The position numbers and the translations under genes were made by a program. Positions 46,603-56,914 of a DNA stretch of 64,000 nt are shown in pieces. Location: positions 39,016 to 103,015 of the forward strand of contig CAZVPL010000001.1 in the NCBI GenBank assembly GCA_964629075.1, in the 5' to 3' direction. Each line of letters opens with the position of its first letter. Within the stretch, counting starts at the first letter, position 1. The notes under the pieces were generated by a model. The model saw only the letters and a program-made list of their open reading frames with translations, was not told the origin of the DNA and did not search any database. The stretch comes from an uncultured Bifidobacterium sp. GTDB taxonomy: Bacteria > Actinomycetota > Acidimicrobiia > Acidimicrobiales > Ilumatobacteraceae.

Positions 46603-48141
46603 ATGGCGATTCACAAGGTCTGCGGGATCGAAACCGAGTACGGCATCATCACGCGCGGTTTCGACGCGAACCCGGTTGTCGCGTCTTCGGTTCTTGTGAA
46701 CGCCTACGCCGGAAACTTTCCACAGTTGACCGGCTGGGACTTCGCCGACGAGACGCCCGGCAGCGACGCGCGCGGTTTTGCGCTAGAAGACGCATTTCCA
46801 CCCGAGGTCGAGACGCATCTCGTGAACAGTGTCCTCACGAACGGCGCACGTTATTACGTCGATCACGCCCATCCCGAGGTCTCAACGCCCGAGTGCACAA
46901 GTGCGGCTCAGGTCGTTCTGTTCGATCGCGCCGCCGAAGAGGTCATTCGCCGTAGCGCGCTGTCGGCGAACGAGAAGCTGCCACAGGGGCACGAGATCGT
47001 TCTTTACAAGAACAACTCGGACGGCAAGGGCAACTCCTACGGCTGCCATGAGAATTATCTCGTCGACAGGAACCTTCCATTTGGTCGTCTCGCGAGCCTC
47101 ATCACGACGCACTTCGTCACCCGCCAGGTGTTCACCGGCGCGGGCAAAGTGGGCTGTGAACAGCCGGGCCGATCCGCTGCCGCTGTTCCTTTTCAGATCA
47201 GTCAGCGAGCCGACTTTTTCGAGGAAGAAATCGGACTCGAGACGACGCTCAAGCGACCGATCGTCAACACACGCGACGAACCGCACTGCAACCCGAACCT
47301 GTACAGGCGCCTCCATGTCATCGTCGGCGACGCGAACATGAGCGAGGTTGCGACCTTTCTCAAAGTAGGAACGACTGCCATCGTCCTCGCGATGGTCGAA
47401 GACGACTTCCTGCCGCACAACCTTCAATTGTCGAACCCGCTGGCTGCCATCACGGCAGTCAGCCACGACCCGACTCTTCGGGCCACCGTCGAGCGGATCA
47501 ATGGCCAACGCCTGACCGCTCTCGAGATGCAGTTTCTCCTCTTGGAGTACGCCGAAAAATACAACCAACAATTCGGCCTCTCGTGCGTCGAGACCCCGGG
47601 CGAGGGGGGAGAAGCCGAATCGATTCTCCGGCGCTGGAAGACTGTGCTCGAAGGTCTCGAGACGAATCCCGATTCGGTCGCGGGCATCGTGGATTGGGTG
47701 GCCAAGAAGCGTCTCGTCGACGGATTTGCCGATCGCCATCACCTGACCCCGGGGCATGCCAAGTTGAAGGCGATCGACCTGCAGTATCACGACATGCGTC
47801 CCGACCGATGTTTGGCGGCACGCGTCGGCCTCGAGACATTGTGTGACGTCTCGGATGTTCAACGCGCCGTCAGCGAGCCGCCCGCGTCGACTCGGGCGTT
47901 TTTCCGTGGGAAGTGTCTGCAGAAGTGGCCGACCGAAGTGGTCGCAGCCAACTGGGACAGTCTCGTCTTCGACATCGGCGACGAACCCTTACGGCGCGTG
48001 CCGATGATGGAGCCGATGCGGGGTACACGTGCGATCGTCGGGGACCTCCTCGACGGTGCTTCGAGCCCGCGTCATCTGATCGAGATGCTCGGAGCCGGCG
48101 CCAGTGAGGCTTCGGGATTCATCGACCCGGGTATGTACTGA
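46603..48141 (+). CDS. dop: Pup deamidase/depupylase Dop
   Basis: [16 protein letters not shown]-terminus, carboxylate-amine ligase-like. Position between arc and pup. Confidence 0.92.
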   Translation: MAIHKVCGIETEYGIITRGFDANPVVASSVLVNAYAGNFPQLTGWDFADETPGSDARGFALEDAFPPEVETHLVNSVLTNGARYYVDHAHPEVSTPECTSAAQVVLFDRAAEEVIRRSALSANEKLPQGHEIVLYKNNSDGKGNSYGCHENYLVDRNLPFGRLASLITTHFVTRQVFTGAGKVGCEQPGRSAAAVPFQISQRADFFEEEIGLETTLKRPIVNTRDEPHCNPNLYRRLHVIVGDANMSEVATFLKVGTTAIVLAMVEDDFLPHNLQLSNPLAAITAVSHDPTLRATVERINGQRLTALEMQFLLLEYAEKYNQQFGLSCVETPGEGGEAESILRRWKTVLEGLETNPDSVAGIVDWVAKKRLVDGFADRHHLTPGHAKLKAIDLQYHDMRPDRCLAARVGLETLCDVSDVQRAVSEPPASTRAFFRGKCLQKWPTEVVAANWDSLVFDIGDEPLRRVPMMEPMRGTRAIVGDLLDGASSPRHLIEMLGAGASEASGFIDPGMY

Positions 48142-48169
48142 CCTCGGGATTTTTCGCTACGGTTGTTCC

Positions 48170-48370
48170 ATGGCCGAGCGCATACAGAAACATCGCACGG
48201 ACCGCGCCAAAGAAGACTCGGTTGGCGAGAGCGCGGCTCCCACCGCCGATACCGAGCGTGGCGAGAAGTTGAAGGCCGAACTCGACGATCTCCTGGACGA
48301 GATCGACGAGGTACTCGAGTCGAACGCCGAGGATTTCGTGAAGAGCTACGTCCAAAAGGGCGGTGAGTAG
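48170..48370 (+). CDS. pup: prokaryotic ubiquitin-like protein Pup (C-terminal GGE)
   Basis: 66 aa. KLKAELDDLLDEIDEVLESNAEDFVKSYVQKGGE. Immediately upstream of prcB. Confidence 0.93.
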   Translation: MAERIQKHRTDRAKEDSVGESAAPTADTERGEKLKAELDDLLDEIDEVLESNAEDFVKSYVQKGGE

Positions 48371-48376
48371 CGCACC

Positions 48377-49177
48377 ATGGCAATGCCGTTCTTCGCTCCC
48401 GGTGACAACCCGGGGGCAAGTTTTCTCGACCTTTTGCGGCGTACGGGTGTCGAACCTTTTGCCGCGGGTGATGCCGGGCGGGTCAGCGTCCCGCACGCGA
48501 CAACCTGCGTGGCGCTTCGTTTCGGCAGTGGAGTCGTCATGGCGGGCGACCGCAGGGCGACTTCGGGAAACTTGATCTCGCATCGCTCGATGGAAAAAGT
48601 GGTCGAGGCCGACCGTCTCAGCGGTGTCGCCATCGCCGGTGCTGCGGGGCCCGCGATGGAAATGATCAAGCTTTTCCAGCTGCAGCTCGAGCACTACGAG
48701 AAGGTGGAGGGCATGATGCTCTCCCTCGAGGGCAAGGCGAACCAGCTTTCGATGTTGGTTCGGGGCAACCTACCCGCGGCGATGCAGGGGATGGTCGTAG
48801 TACCGATCTTTGCGGGTTACGACACTGCTGCGGGGACAGGTCGTCTCTGGGACTACGACCCGACGGGCGGTCGGTACGAGGAAAAGGAATACGTGGCAAC
48901 CGGGTCGGGGAGCTTGCACGCCGGCACCGTCGTCAAAGTCGGTTGGCGATCCGACCTCAGCGAAGACGATGCGATCCGGTTGGCAGTCAAGGCGCTGTGG
49001 GAAGCAGCCGATGCCGATTCGGCAACCGGTGGGCCCGACGCACTGCGCGGGATCTACCCGGTCACGGCGACGATCACATCGAATGGTTGGGCGCGCGTCA
49101 ACGATGCGCGCCTCGCCTCAATCGTCGAAGAGCTGTTGGTCGAGCAGCGCGCGCGAAACGGAGGGGACCAGAGATGA
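48377..49177 (+). CDS. prcB: 20S proteasome beta subunit
   Basis: Propeptide followed by TTCVALRF (N-terminal Thr nucleophile), GDRRATSG. Confidence 0.93.
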   Translation: MAMPFFAPGDNPGASFLDLLRRTGVEPFAAGDAGRVSVPHATTCVALRFGSGVVMAGDRRATSGNLISHRSMEKVVEADRLSGVAIAGAAGPAMEMIKLFQLQLEHYEKVEGMMLSLEGKANQLSMLVRGNLPAAMQGMVVVPIFAGYDTAAGTGRLWDYDPTGGRYEEKEYVATGSGSLHAGTVVKVGWRSDLSEDDAIRLAVKALWEAADADSATGGPDALRGIYPVTATITSNGWARVNDARLASIVEELLVEQRARNGGDQR

Positions 49178-49854
49178 GCATGCCCTTCTACGTCGCACCC
49201 GAGCAGATAATGAAGGACCGTGCGGACTATGCCCGTAAAGGCATCGCCCGTGGTCGGGCTCTCGTCGCAATCCAGTACGACGCCGGCATCGCAATCGTCG
49301 CCGAGAACCCTTCCAACACCTTGCGAAAGGTGAGCGAGATCTACGACCGCATCGCCTTTGCCGGAGTCGGAAAGTACAACGAGTTCGACCAACTGCGCGT
49401 CGCCGGTGTTCGCGCCGCCGACCTGAAGGGGTACCAGTATTCGCGAGCCGACGTCGATGCCCGCAGCCTGGCCAACCAGTACGCGCAGATTCTCGGCCAA
49501 ACCTTCACCCACGAGATGAAACCTCTCGAGGTTGAAATCCTTGTCGCGGAGATCGGTGTCGACGCGGCACACGACCAGCTTTTCCACATCCTCTACGACG
49601 GCACGGTCCTCGACGAGAAGCGTTTCTCGGTCCTCGGAGGCGACGCGGATGCGATCGCCGGCAGGCTCACGCCCGATCTTTCCTCGACACCCGACCTTGC
49701 CGTAGCGATCAAAGTCGCCAGTCGTGCGCTGAGCGGACCCGATCGCACTCTCGTCGCTGACGACCTTGAGGTCGCAGTCTTGCGCCGCAACGGGGCAAGA
49801 CGTGCGTTTGCCCGTCTCGACGACGTCGAGGTCGAGCGCCTCCTCGCCAGCTGA
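49174..49854 (+). CDS. prcA: 20S proteasome alpha subunit
   Basis: [31 protein letters not shown] overlap with prcB. Confidence 0.93.
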   Translation: MSMPFYVAPEQIMKDRADYARKGIARGRALVAIQYDAGIAIVAENPSNTLRKVSEIYDRIAFAGVGKYNEFDQLRVAGVRAADLKGYQYSRADVDARSLANQYAQILGQTFTHEMKPLEVEILVAEIGVDAAHDQLFHILYDGTVLDEKRFSVLGGDADAIAGRLTPDLSSTPDLAVAIKVASRALSGPDRTLVADDLEVAVLRRNGARRAFARLDDVEVERLLAS

Positions 49855-49871
49855 CCGTCGGCGTCGTTCGC

Positions 49872-51230
49872 ATGGACCGTCGCATCTACGGAATCGAGAC
49901 CGAATACGGCATCACGTGCACTCTGCGCGGTCAGCGGCGACTCAGTCCGGACGAGGTGGCAAGGTATCTCTTTCGCAAGGTCGTCTCGTGGGGTCGCAGC
50001 AGCAATGTCTTTCTTGAAAACGGAGCGAGGCTCTATCTCGACGTCGGCTCGCATCCCGAGTACGCCACCCCCGAGTGCGACAACATCTACGACGTCGTCG
50101 TCCATGACAAGGCGGGCGAACGACGAATCGAGGACCTGACGTACTCCGCGGAGGAAAGACTGCGCGACGAGGGCATTCGGGGGACCGTCTACCTTTTCAA
50201 GAACAACACCGACAGCGCCGGCAACTCATACGGCTGTCACGAGAACTACCTGACGGCGCGTGACGATGATCAGGCGGCAATCGGCCAGATTCTGATTCCT
50301 TTTCTCGTGTCGCGCCAGGTCATATCCGGTGCCGGTCGAATAACACAAACAGCACGCGGCCCGGTGTATTCGATCTCGCAACGCGCAGACCACATTTGGG
50401 AGGGGATGAGTTCGGCCACAACGCGAAGTCGCCCCATCATCAACACGCGCGACGAGCCGCACGCCGATGCCGAGCACTACCGCCGCCTTCATGTCATCGT
50501 CGGCGATTCGAACATGAGCGAATACACCACTTTCCTCAAGGTCGGGTCCACAGCCTGCCTACTGAGGATGATGGAAGATCCGGCAGTGGTTCTTCGTGAC
50601 ATGACCCTGGAGAACCCAATCAGGGCAATCCGCGAGATCAGCCACGATCTGACGTGTCGGCGCACTGTTCGGCTCCAAAACGGAAGGGAGGTCAGCGCCC
50701 TCGACATTCAGCGCGAGTACCTCGACCGTGCGATCACGTACGCCGACAGAAAGGGTTTTCCCGAGTTCGAGCAGCGGGCCCTCGCGATGTGGGAGCACTG
50801 CGTCACCAAACTCGAGTCCGATCCCCTCGCGCTCGATCGTGAAATCGACTGGGTCATCAAGTACCGGTTGATCGAGCGTTACCGCGAACGCCACGGACTC
50901 GAACTCGGCGATGCCCAGACCCAGCTCGTCGACCTTCAGTATCACGACATCTGTCGCGATCGTGGCCTGTACTACAAGCTCGAATCGAAGGGTCTCGTCG
51001 AGCGAATCTGCAGTGAAGATGACATCACGCACGCGGTCGACAACGCACCGACCACGACACGCGCCCGTCTTCGCGGGGAATTCATCAAGCGCGCAAAGGC
51101 AAAGAAGCGCGACTACACGGTCGACTGGGTGCATCTGAAGTTGAACGATCAGGCACAACGCACCGTTTTGTGCAAGGACCCGTTCAAGAGTCGCGACGAG
51201 AGGGTCGAAAAGATCATCGAGTCGATGTGA
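49872..51230 (+). CDS. pafA: Pup--protein ligase PafA
   Basis: [36 protein letters not shown]. 452 aa, paralogous to Dop, downstream of prcA. Confidence 0.93.
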   Translation: MDRRIYGIETEYGITCTLRGQRRLSPDEVARYLFRKVVSWGRSSNVFLENGARLYLDVGSHPEYATPECDNIYDVVVHDKAGERRIEDLTYSAEERLRDEGIRGTVYLFKNNTDSAGNSYGCHENYLTARDDDQAAIGQILIPFLVSRQVISGAGRITQTARGPVYSISQRADHIWEGMSSATTRSRPIINTRDEPHADAEHYRRLHVIVGDSNMSEYTTFLKVGSTACLLRMMEDPAVVLRDMTLENPIRAIREISHDLTCRRTVRLQNGREVSALDIQREYLDRAITYADRKGFPEFEQRALAMWEHCVTKLESDPLALDREIDWVIKYRLIERYRERHGLELGDAQTQLVDLQYHDICRDRGLYYKLESKGLVERICSEDDITHAVDNAPTTTRARLRGEFIKRAKAKKRDYTVDWVHLKLNDQAQRTVLCKDPFKSRDERVEKIIESM

Positions 51231-51862
51231 CGACGGGTAACCTCGCACGGGTGCGCGATGAATTACCCGGCGAAGGCTCCGTGTCCACGGGCAGCAGCCG
51301 GGGGACAGAGGCGTTCCGTGCGGTGCGCGACTGGGTGGTAGTGCTCGTCGTCGCTCTTCTCGTGGCACTTGGAATCCGTACGTTCGTGCTGCAGCAGTTC
51401 TACATATCTGGACCGTCCATGGAGACGACCCTTTTCCAGCCGAACCGCGTGCTCGTGAACAAGCTCTCCTACAAACTCGGTGACATCGGCCGTGGAGACG
51501 TGGTGGTTTTCGACCGCGTCACCTCGAATGGACGAAGCGTTCAGCACGACGACCTCATCAAACGGGTCATTGGATTGCCGGGTGAGTCGGTTTCGATCAA
51601 GGCTTGCGTGGTCCACATCGACGGGCAGATCCTGGAAGAGTCGTATCTTCCTGACCGTGACGTCTCCGAGACCGACCTTGTGGCGCGTTGTCGGCAACCC
51701 GAGATGGCCCCTGTGATCGTTCCCGACGGTCAGGTGTTCGTTCTCGGCGACAATCGGCCTCAATCAATGGATAGCCGCGTGTTTGGGCCGGTCGACAAGA
51801 AAAGCATCGTCGGTCGCGCATTCGTGGTGATCTGGCCGATCGGTCGTTGGCGTTGGCTGTGA
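51227..51862 (+). CDS. lepB: signal peptidase I
   Basis: TM anchor, catalytic Ser box SGPSMETTL, Lys box [21 protein letters not shown]. Start is GTG 51227 (GTGA overlap with the pafA stop) or GTG 51251. Confidence 0.85.
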   Translation: MTTGNLARVRDELPGEGSVSTGSSRGTEAFRAVRDWVVVLVVALLVALGIRTFVLQQFYISGPSMETTLFQPNRVLVNKLSYKLGDIGRGDVVVFDRVTSNGRSVQHDDLIKRVIGLPGESVSIKACVVHIDGQILEESYLPDRDVSETDLVARCRQPEMAPVIVPDGQVFVLGDNRPQSMDSRVFGPVDKKSIVGRAFVVIWPIGRWRWL

Positions 51863-51869
51863 CCCTTGA

Positions 51870-52550
51870 TCAGCCGCGCAGCGCCACATCGGCAAGCCTG
51901 TCGGGCCAGTCGCTGTAGACCGCGTCGACGCCCATTCTCACGACCTCGGCGATTTGTCGTTCGTGTTGACAGTCCCAGGCGAAACAGGCCAGATCGAAAC
52001 GTTTGAACAACGCAACGAGCCCTCCGCTCCAGTCGGGGTAGGGCATGTTCACGACACCTACCCGCGCCTCGCGAAGTTCGGCCGCATGTCGTTCGGGACC
52101 ACCCTTCATTCGCGCCAGACGCGTCGAGTGAACGAAATTGATGTCGGGAGACCCCGGGATCTCCCGACGGAGAACATCGAGATCGGGATGGCAGAGAAAC
52201 AAGAGCTTCGCTGCATGTGGCCGGTGCGCGAGGTAGGCATCCGTGACGGTCGAGAACGCCGACGGATCCTTGACGTCGAGCGAGAGGGGAACAGACACCG
52301 GGATCTCCGTGAGAAGTTCCTCGAGACGTGGGATGTGAGAGGGAAGGTCGGCACTGTGAACCGCGGCGATCGGCTTTGACTTGAAGCGACCCTTCACGAC
52401 TCCGTCGTGATCGAGCACGGCCACGCCATCGGCTGTGAGCCAGACGTCACTTTCCAGACCGTTTGCTCCGAGTTTGAGGGCCAGCGCGAACGCCTCGAGG
52501 GTGTTCTCGGGGGCATACGCCCGCGCACCTCGATGAGCAAACCCGATCAC
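51870..52550 (-). CDS. glycerophosphodiester phosphodiesterase
   Basis: [34 protein letters not shown]. Confidence 0.88.
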   Translation of the reverse strand: MIGFAHRGARAYAPENTLEAFALALKLGANGLESDVWLTADGVAVLDHDGVVKGRFKSKPIAAVHSADLPSHIPRLEELLTEIPVSVPLSLDVKDPSAFSTVTDAYLAHRPHAAKLLFLCHPDLDVLRREIPGSPDINFVHSTRLARMKGGPERHAAELREARVGVVNMPYPDWSGGLVALFKRFDLACFAWDCQHERQIAEVVRMGVDAVYSDWPDRLADVALRG

Positions 52551-52601
52551 AGCCGTCGAGACTAACGACCCACCGAGCGGGACTGTTCATAGACTTGGCT
52601 C

Positions 52602-52985
52602 GTGTTCAACCTGTCGGGTGGAGAGATCGTCATTCTTCTTCTCCTCGGCCTCGTCGTGCTCGGGCCCGAAAAGTTGCCCGACGCGATGCGCAAGTTCGGG
52701 CGCGTTTACAACGAAGTGAAACGTGTCGCCGGCGGCATCCAGCGCGACGTCACGGCCGGTTTCTCCGACCCGGTCAACGAGTTGAAGAAGACCGCCAACG
52801 AGGCCCGCCGCTTCCTCAACCCGAACGAATTCTCCGCGGCGGAAGGTACGTCCGGCAGTGCGCCGGAACCCGTTTTCGTCCCGTACGAGGCTGCCCCCGC
52901 GTTGCCCGAGGACAGCAACGAGGAAGTGTCGTCTGAGCAGCAGGCGCAGAAGATCGAGGATGACGACAGTGGCACGCAGGCGTAA
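52602..52985 (+). CDS. twin-arginine translocase TatA/TatB family protein
   Basis: N-terminal TM plus hinge IVILLLLGLVVLGPEKLPD and an amphipathic helix. The 127-aa length is more TatB-like. GTG start. Confidence 0.85.
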   Translation: MFNLSGGEIVILLLLGLVVLGPEKLPDAMRKFGRVYNEVKRVAGGIQRDVTAGFSDPVNELKKTANEARRFLNPNEFSAAEGTSGSAPEPVFVPYEAAPALPEDSNEEVSSEQQAQKIEDDDSGTQA

Positions 52986-53763
52986 ACGGGCTCGCGTTCG
53001 CCGTCAGGACGACGAAGCAACCCTCACCGAACACCTCAGTGAGCTGAGATTCCGCATCATCCGGTCGCTCCTCGCCATCGGAGTCGGAATGCTGGCCGTC
53101 CTCCTGCAATACGAGCGTCTCCTGCGCTTCTTGACCACGCCCTACCGTGATCTTTGTATCGAGCGCCCCGACTTCAATTGTGATGGCACGCTCTACGGCC
53201 TCGGGCCGCTCGACGGCCTCGCTGCGCGCATGCGAATCTCGGTCTACGGCGGGCTGATTCTTGCCTTGCCGGTCATCATGTGGCAGATATGGCGATTTGT
53301 TGCCCCTGCACTGCATCGCAAGGAGAAGAAGTACGCGGTCGGATTCGTCGTCTCAAGCGTGGTGCTCTTCGCTTTGGGCGGGTACATCGCCTATTGGACA
53401 CTTGACAAGGCGCTCGAGTTTCTCATCAGTTGGTCGGGCGCCAACGTCGAGCAGACCTACCAGATCACGAAGTACGTCAATCTTGTCTTTGCGATGGTGA
53501 TGGCGTTCGGGATCGGATTTCTCTTTCCTGTTCTCCTCGTGTTTCTGCAGCTCGTCGATGTCCTGAGTCCCCGAACCCTGGTGTCTCAATGGCGCTGGGC
53601 GATCATGATCATTTTTCTCGTCGCCGCCGTCATCACGCCGTCCGGTGATCCGATCTCGCTCTTCGCATTGTCTCTGCCCATGTGCATTCTCTACGCACTC
53701 TCCGTGGGTATCGGCTATCTGATTGCGTGGCGTCGTCGACGGCGGTCACGAGCGGACGCGTGA
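52960..53763 (+). CDS. tatC: twin-arginine translocase subunit TatC
   Basis: LTEHLSELRFRIIRS followed by six TM segments. ATG 52960 overlaps the tatA/B end by 26 nt. Confidence 0.9.
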   Translation: MTTVARRRKRARVRRQDDEATLTEHLSELRFRIIRSLLAIGVGMLAVLLQYERLLRFLTTPYRDLCIERPDFNCDGTLYGLGPLDGLAARMRISVYGGLILALPVIMWQIWRFVAPALHRKEKKYAVGFVVSSVVLFALGGYIAYWTLDKALEFLISWSGANVEQTYQITKYVNLVFAMVMAFGIGFLFPVLLVFLQLVDVLSPRTLVSQWRWAIMIIFLVAAVITPSGDPISLFALSLPMCILYALSVGIGYLIAWRRRRRSRADA

Positions 53764-56336
53764 CCTTCTCTCCCGATCCATTTCAGGTCGCCGCGTGCAC
53801 CGCCCTCGATGAGGGAGCCTCGGTTCTCGTCGCGGCCCCGACGGGTTCGGGCAAGACGTTCATTGCCGAGCACGCCATCCGACGTGCTCGCGATTCGGGA
53901 CGCCGGGCTTTTTACACGGCTCCGTTGAAGGCGTTGTCGAACCAGAAGTTTCGTGATTTCCAACAGCTGTTCGGCGAGCGCGAGGTCGGCCTTCTGACGG
54001 GCGACACCAGCATCAACCCCGACGCACCGGTTCTGGTGATGACCACCGAGGTCCTCAGAAACATGATCTACGCCCGCTCGACGGCTCTGGAAAACCTCGC
54101 TTTCGTCGTTCTCGACGAAGTTCACTTTCTCCAGGACGAATACCGCGGGCCGGTCTGGGAGGAGGTGATCATTCATCTCCCGCTCGAGGTGTCGCTCGTC
54201 TGCCTGTCTGCGACGGTTTCGAACGCTGATGAGGTTGCGGAGTGGCTGACCACGGTTCGCGGCGACACGCGGTCGATCGTCGAGACGAAACGGCCAGTGC
54301 CTCTCGAGCATCATCACTCTTTCTACGACAAGGCAACCGGCATGACCCGGATCATGCCCACCCTCGACGGGTCGCGAATCAACGAGAAGTTGAAGCGGGT
54401 GGTTTCGTCGCCCGGTCAGTCGCAGCGCGGTGACAGGCGTCGGAACAGGGATCAGCGAGTCGGACCACCCTCAAGGACCGAGATCATCGAGGAGCTTCAG
54501 CAACTCGACATGCTGCCGGCGATCTATTTCATATTCAGTCGGAACCAGTGTGACGACGCCGCAAAAGCCTGTCGCCGCAACGCGCTCTCGTTCGTCACCG
54601 GCAGCGAGGCAAGACGAATACGGGAAATTGCCGATCGCCATGGATCCCGTCTGAGCGATGACGAGCGTCGAGCGCTCGATTTCGACGGTTTCGTGGACCT
54701 CGTGTCGTCGGGGGTGGCGCCCCACCACGCTGGTCTCGTTCCGGCGTTCAAGGAGATGGTGGAAGAAGCCTTCACTGGCGGTCTCATCAAGGTCGTTTTC
54801 GCAACCGAGACGCTGGCCGTCGGCATCAACATGCCCGCGCGCACGGTGGTCATCGACAAGCTCACTCGTTACACGGGCGAGCGTCACGTGCCGCTGAAAC
54901 CTTCGGACTTCACCCAACTCACGGGTCGGGCGGGCCGGCGTGGAATCGACACGATCGGACACGCAGTGACGGTCTGGAGCCCGTTTGTGTCCCTCGACGA
55001 GGTCGCTCGGTACGCGACCAACAAGACGTTCACCCTCACGTCCGCGTTTCGACCCACGTACAACATGACCGTGAATCTCGTTCGCACCCATTCAGAGCGC
55101 GAAGTACGTCATCTCCTGAATCTCTCGTTCGCTCAGTTTCAGTCGAACTCGAACGTCGTTGCGATTCAGTCCAGGCTCGAGCGCCGCAGACAGGCGCTCG
55201 AAGTCGCCATCGAAAAGGCCGAGAGTCCCTTTGGCGACATATGGGCATACCGCCGCGCAAAGGGTTACGGCGTCGATGCCCCAACGCGCGCCGCGAATGA
55301 TCGTCTGCTCTGGGACGGACTCGCACCCGGCGACGTTCTCTTCGGACGGGTCGATCGGGGTGACGAGAAGTTCCTCGTCGTTGCAACAGCAGCCCGCAAA
55401 CGGGGCCTCAAGGTGACCGTATTGGACGTCCGACAGGGCGTTCGCGGACTTCTGCTCGATGATTTCGACGCCACACCCAAGTTGATCGGGCGACTCGAAC
55501 TTTCCGAGGACTTTTCGGTCTGGGACCCCACCGATCTGAAGTCCGCGGCACAGCGCCTGGCAGGGCTCAGGAGCAGGGCGGCGGGTCAGGGAGCTGACGA
55601 GGCGTCGTCCGACGGCATCACTGCCGATCCACATCTCCGCGAGCGGATGCGACATGCCGACAACGCAGACCGCATCCGGCGCGACATCTCCCGCATCGAA
55701 GAGGACCTGGCGGGGGAGTCCCGTTCGGTTGCCGCAACCTTCGATCGGGTGCTTGATCTGCTGCGATCACGCGGCTTCATCGACGGTTGGTCACTGACAC
55801 CGTCGGGTCGGATCCTCGCAGGGGTCTTCCACGAGTGCGACATACTCATCGCCGAAGTCGTCGACCGTGGACTGCTCGACGATCTTGGGGTCGCGGATCT
55901 CGCAGCCTCAGTTTCTGCATTCGTCTACGAGCGTCGGGCCGCCGATGATGTCGACCATCCGCACCCGTCGCAGGCCACCAAGAGTGCCATCGAGGCGATC
56001 GAGGATCTCAGTCTCGTCGTGCGCGACGCCGAAGAGGCCGCAGGATTGCCGACGCACAGGTTTCCGGACAATGGCTTTGCGCGTGCGGCCTCGGTCTGGG
56101 CATCGGGTGGTTCTTTGGCGAAGATCCTCGACGTCGTGCCCGACATGGGTGCCGGTGATTTCGTGCGAACGGTTCGTCAGATCGTCGATCTCCTTCGCCA
56201 GATCGAAAGGACCACTCCGAACCACGACTTGGCCCTGACGGCCGGGCGGGCGGCGCATGCCATGTACCGGGGTCTCGTGGTGGGCAGTGAGGCGCCATCC
56301 TCTGATCGGTCCAACCCGACGAGAACCACGCCATGA
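53760..56336 (+). CDS. helY: Ski2-like DEAD/DEAH-box helicase HelY
   Basis: Motif I AAPTGSGKTF, motif II LDEVHF, SAT, and a C-terminal DSHCT-like region. GTGA overlap with the tatC stop. tatC-helY synteny as in mycobacteria. Confidence 0.9.
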   Translation: MTFSPDPFQVAACTALDEGASVLVAAPTGSGKTFIAEHAIRRARDSGRRAFYTAPLKALSNQKFRDFQQLFGEREVGLLTGDTSINPDAPVLVMTTEVLRNMIYARSTALENLAFVVLDEVHFLQDEYRGPVWEEVIIHLPLEVSLVCLSATVSNADEVAEWLTTVRGDTRSIVETKRPVPLEHHHSFYDKATGMTRIMPTLDGSRINEKLKRVVSSPGQSQRGDRRRNRDQRVGPPSRTEIIEELQQLDMLPAIYFIFSRNQCDDAAKACRRNALSFVTGSEARRIREIADRHGSRLSDDERRALDFDGFVDLVSSGVAPHHAGLVPAFKEMVEEAFTGGLIKVVFATETLAVGINMPARTVVIDKLTRYTGERHVPLKPSDFTQLTGRAGRRGIDTIGHAVTVWSPFVSLDEVARYATNKTFTLTSAFRPTYNMTVNLVRTHSEREVRHLLNLSFAQFQSNSNVVAIQSRLERRRQALEVAIEKAESPFGDIWAYRRAKGYGVDAPTRAANDRLLWDGLAPGDVLFGRVDRGDEKFLVVATAARKRGLKVTVLDVRQGVRGLLLDDFDATPKLIGRLELSEDFSVWDPTDLKSAAQRLAGLRSRAAGQGADEASSDGITADPHLRERMRHADNADRIRRDISRIEEDLAGESRSVAATFDRVLDLLRSRGFIDGWSLTPSGRILAGVFHECDILIAEVVDRGLLDDLGVADLAASVSAFVYERRAADDVDHPHPSQATKSAIEAIEDLSLVVRDAEEAAGLPTHRFPDNGFARAASVWASGGSLAKILDVVPDMGAGDFVRTVRQIVDLLRQIERTTPNHDLALTAGRAAHAMYRGLVVGSEAPSSDRSNPTRTTP

Positions 56337-56905
56337 CGATCGAAAAAGGTGCCGAGTGGGGATTCGTCGTTGACGAATGGGCCGGCGGGATTGCTCCGAC
56401 GGGCGACCTCGCCCGGGAAATCGGCATCGCTGTGCGGGAAGATGCCGACGCATCGAAACACGCGGGCCCATGGCGTCGACTTCCCCTCGACACCCTCGTC
56501 GTCTCCCTCACCACTCGCGAAAGTGGAGTCGTTCAACACGAAACATCAGGGTGGCTGCGTGTCGGAAGCCGATACCGCGGAGATTTCTGCATCGTCTCCT
56601 CGCTGTCGTTCGTCGACGGGAGGCGCCTCTTTTCCCGGTCTCACCCGAATGATGGTCGTTTCGAATGGCTCTGCCTGTCCCGGAAGATGCCGGTGCGTCA
56701 GCGCATCAGTTTCTGGCGTCGCACACACACCGAAACCCACCTGCCGCACCCACTTGCGCGAACCGGTAGCGGGACGACTTTTGACCTGATGTTCACCCGC
56801 CCCGTGCGTGCGACGTTCTCCGATGGGGTGGTCTTTGAACGCGTCATGGAAATCAGGGTGAACATCCAACCCGACTCCACCCACACCCACATTCCTGCTC
56901 AGTAG
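56333..56905 (+). CDS. hypothetical protein, possibly a DAG-kinase/NAD-kinase accessory (beta-sandwich) domain without the catalytic domain
   Basis: ATGA overlap with helY. GDFCIVSS...HPNDGRFEW...THLPHP...FSDGV...V..QPDS...IP resembles the C-terminal half of YegS/DAGK-like kinases. No GGDGT motif. Confidence 0.5.
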   Translation: MTIEKGAEWGFVVDEWAGGIAPTGDLAREIGIAVREDADASKHAGPWRRLPLDTLVVSLTTRESGVVQHETSGWLRVGSRYRGDFCIVSSLSFVDGRRLFSRSHPNDGRFEWLCLSRKMPVRQRISFWRRTHTETHLPHPLARTGSGTTFDLMFTRPVRATFSDGVVFERVMEIRVNIQPDSTHTHIPAQ

Positions 56906-56914
56906 AGTCGCATC

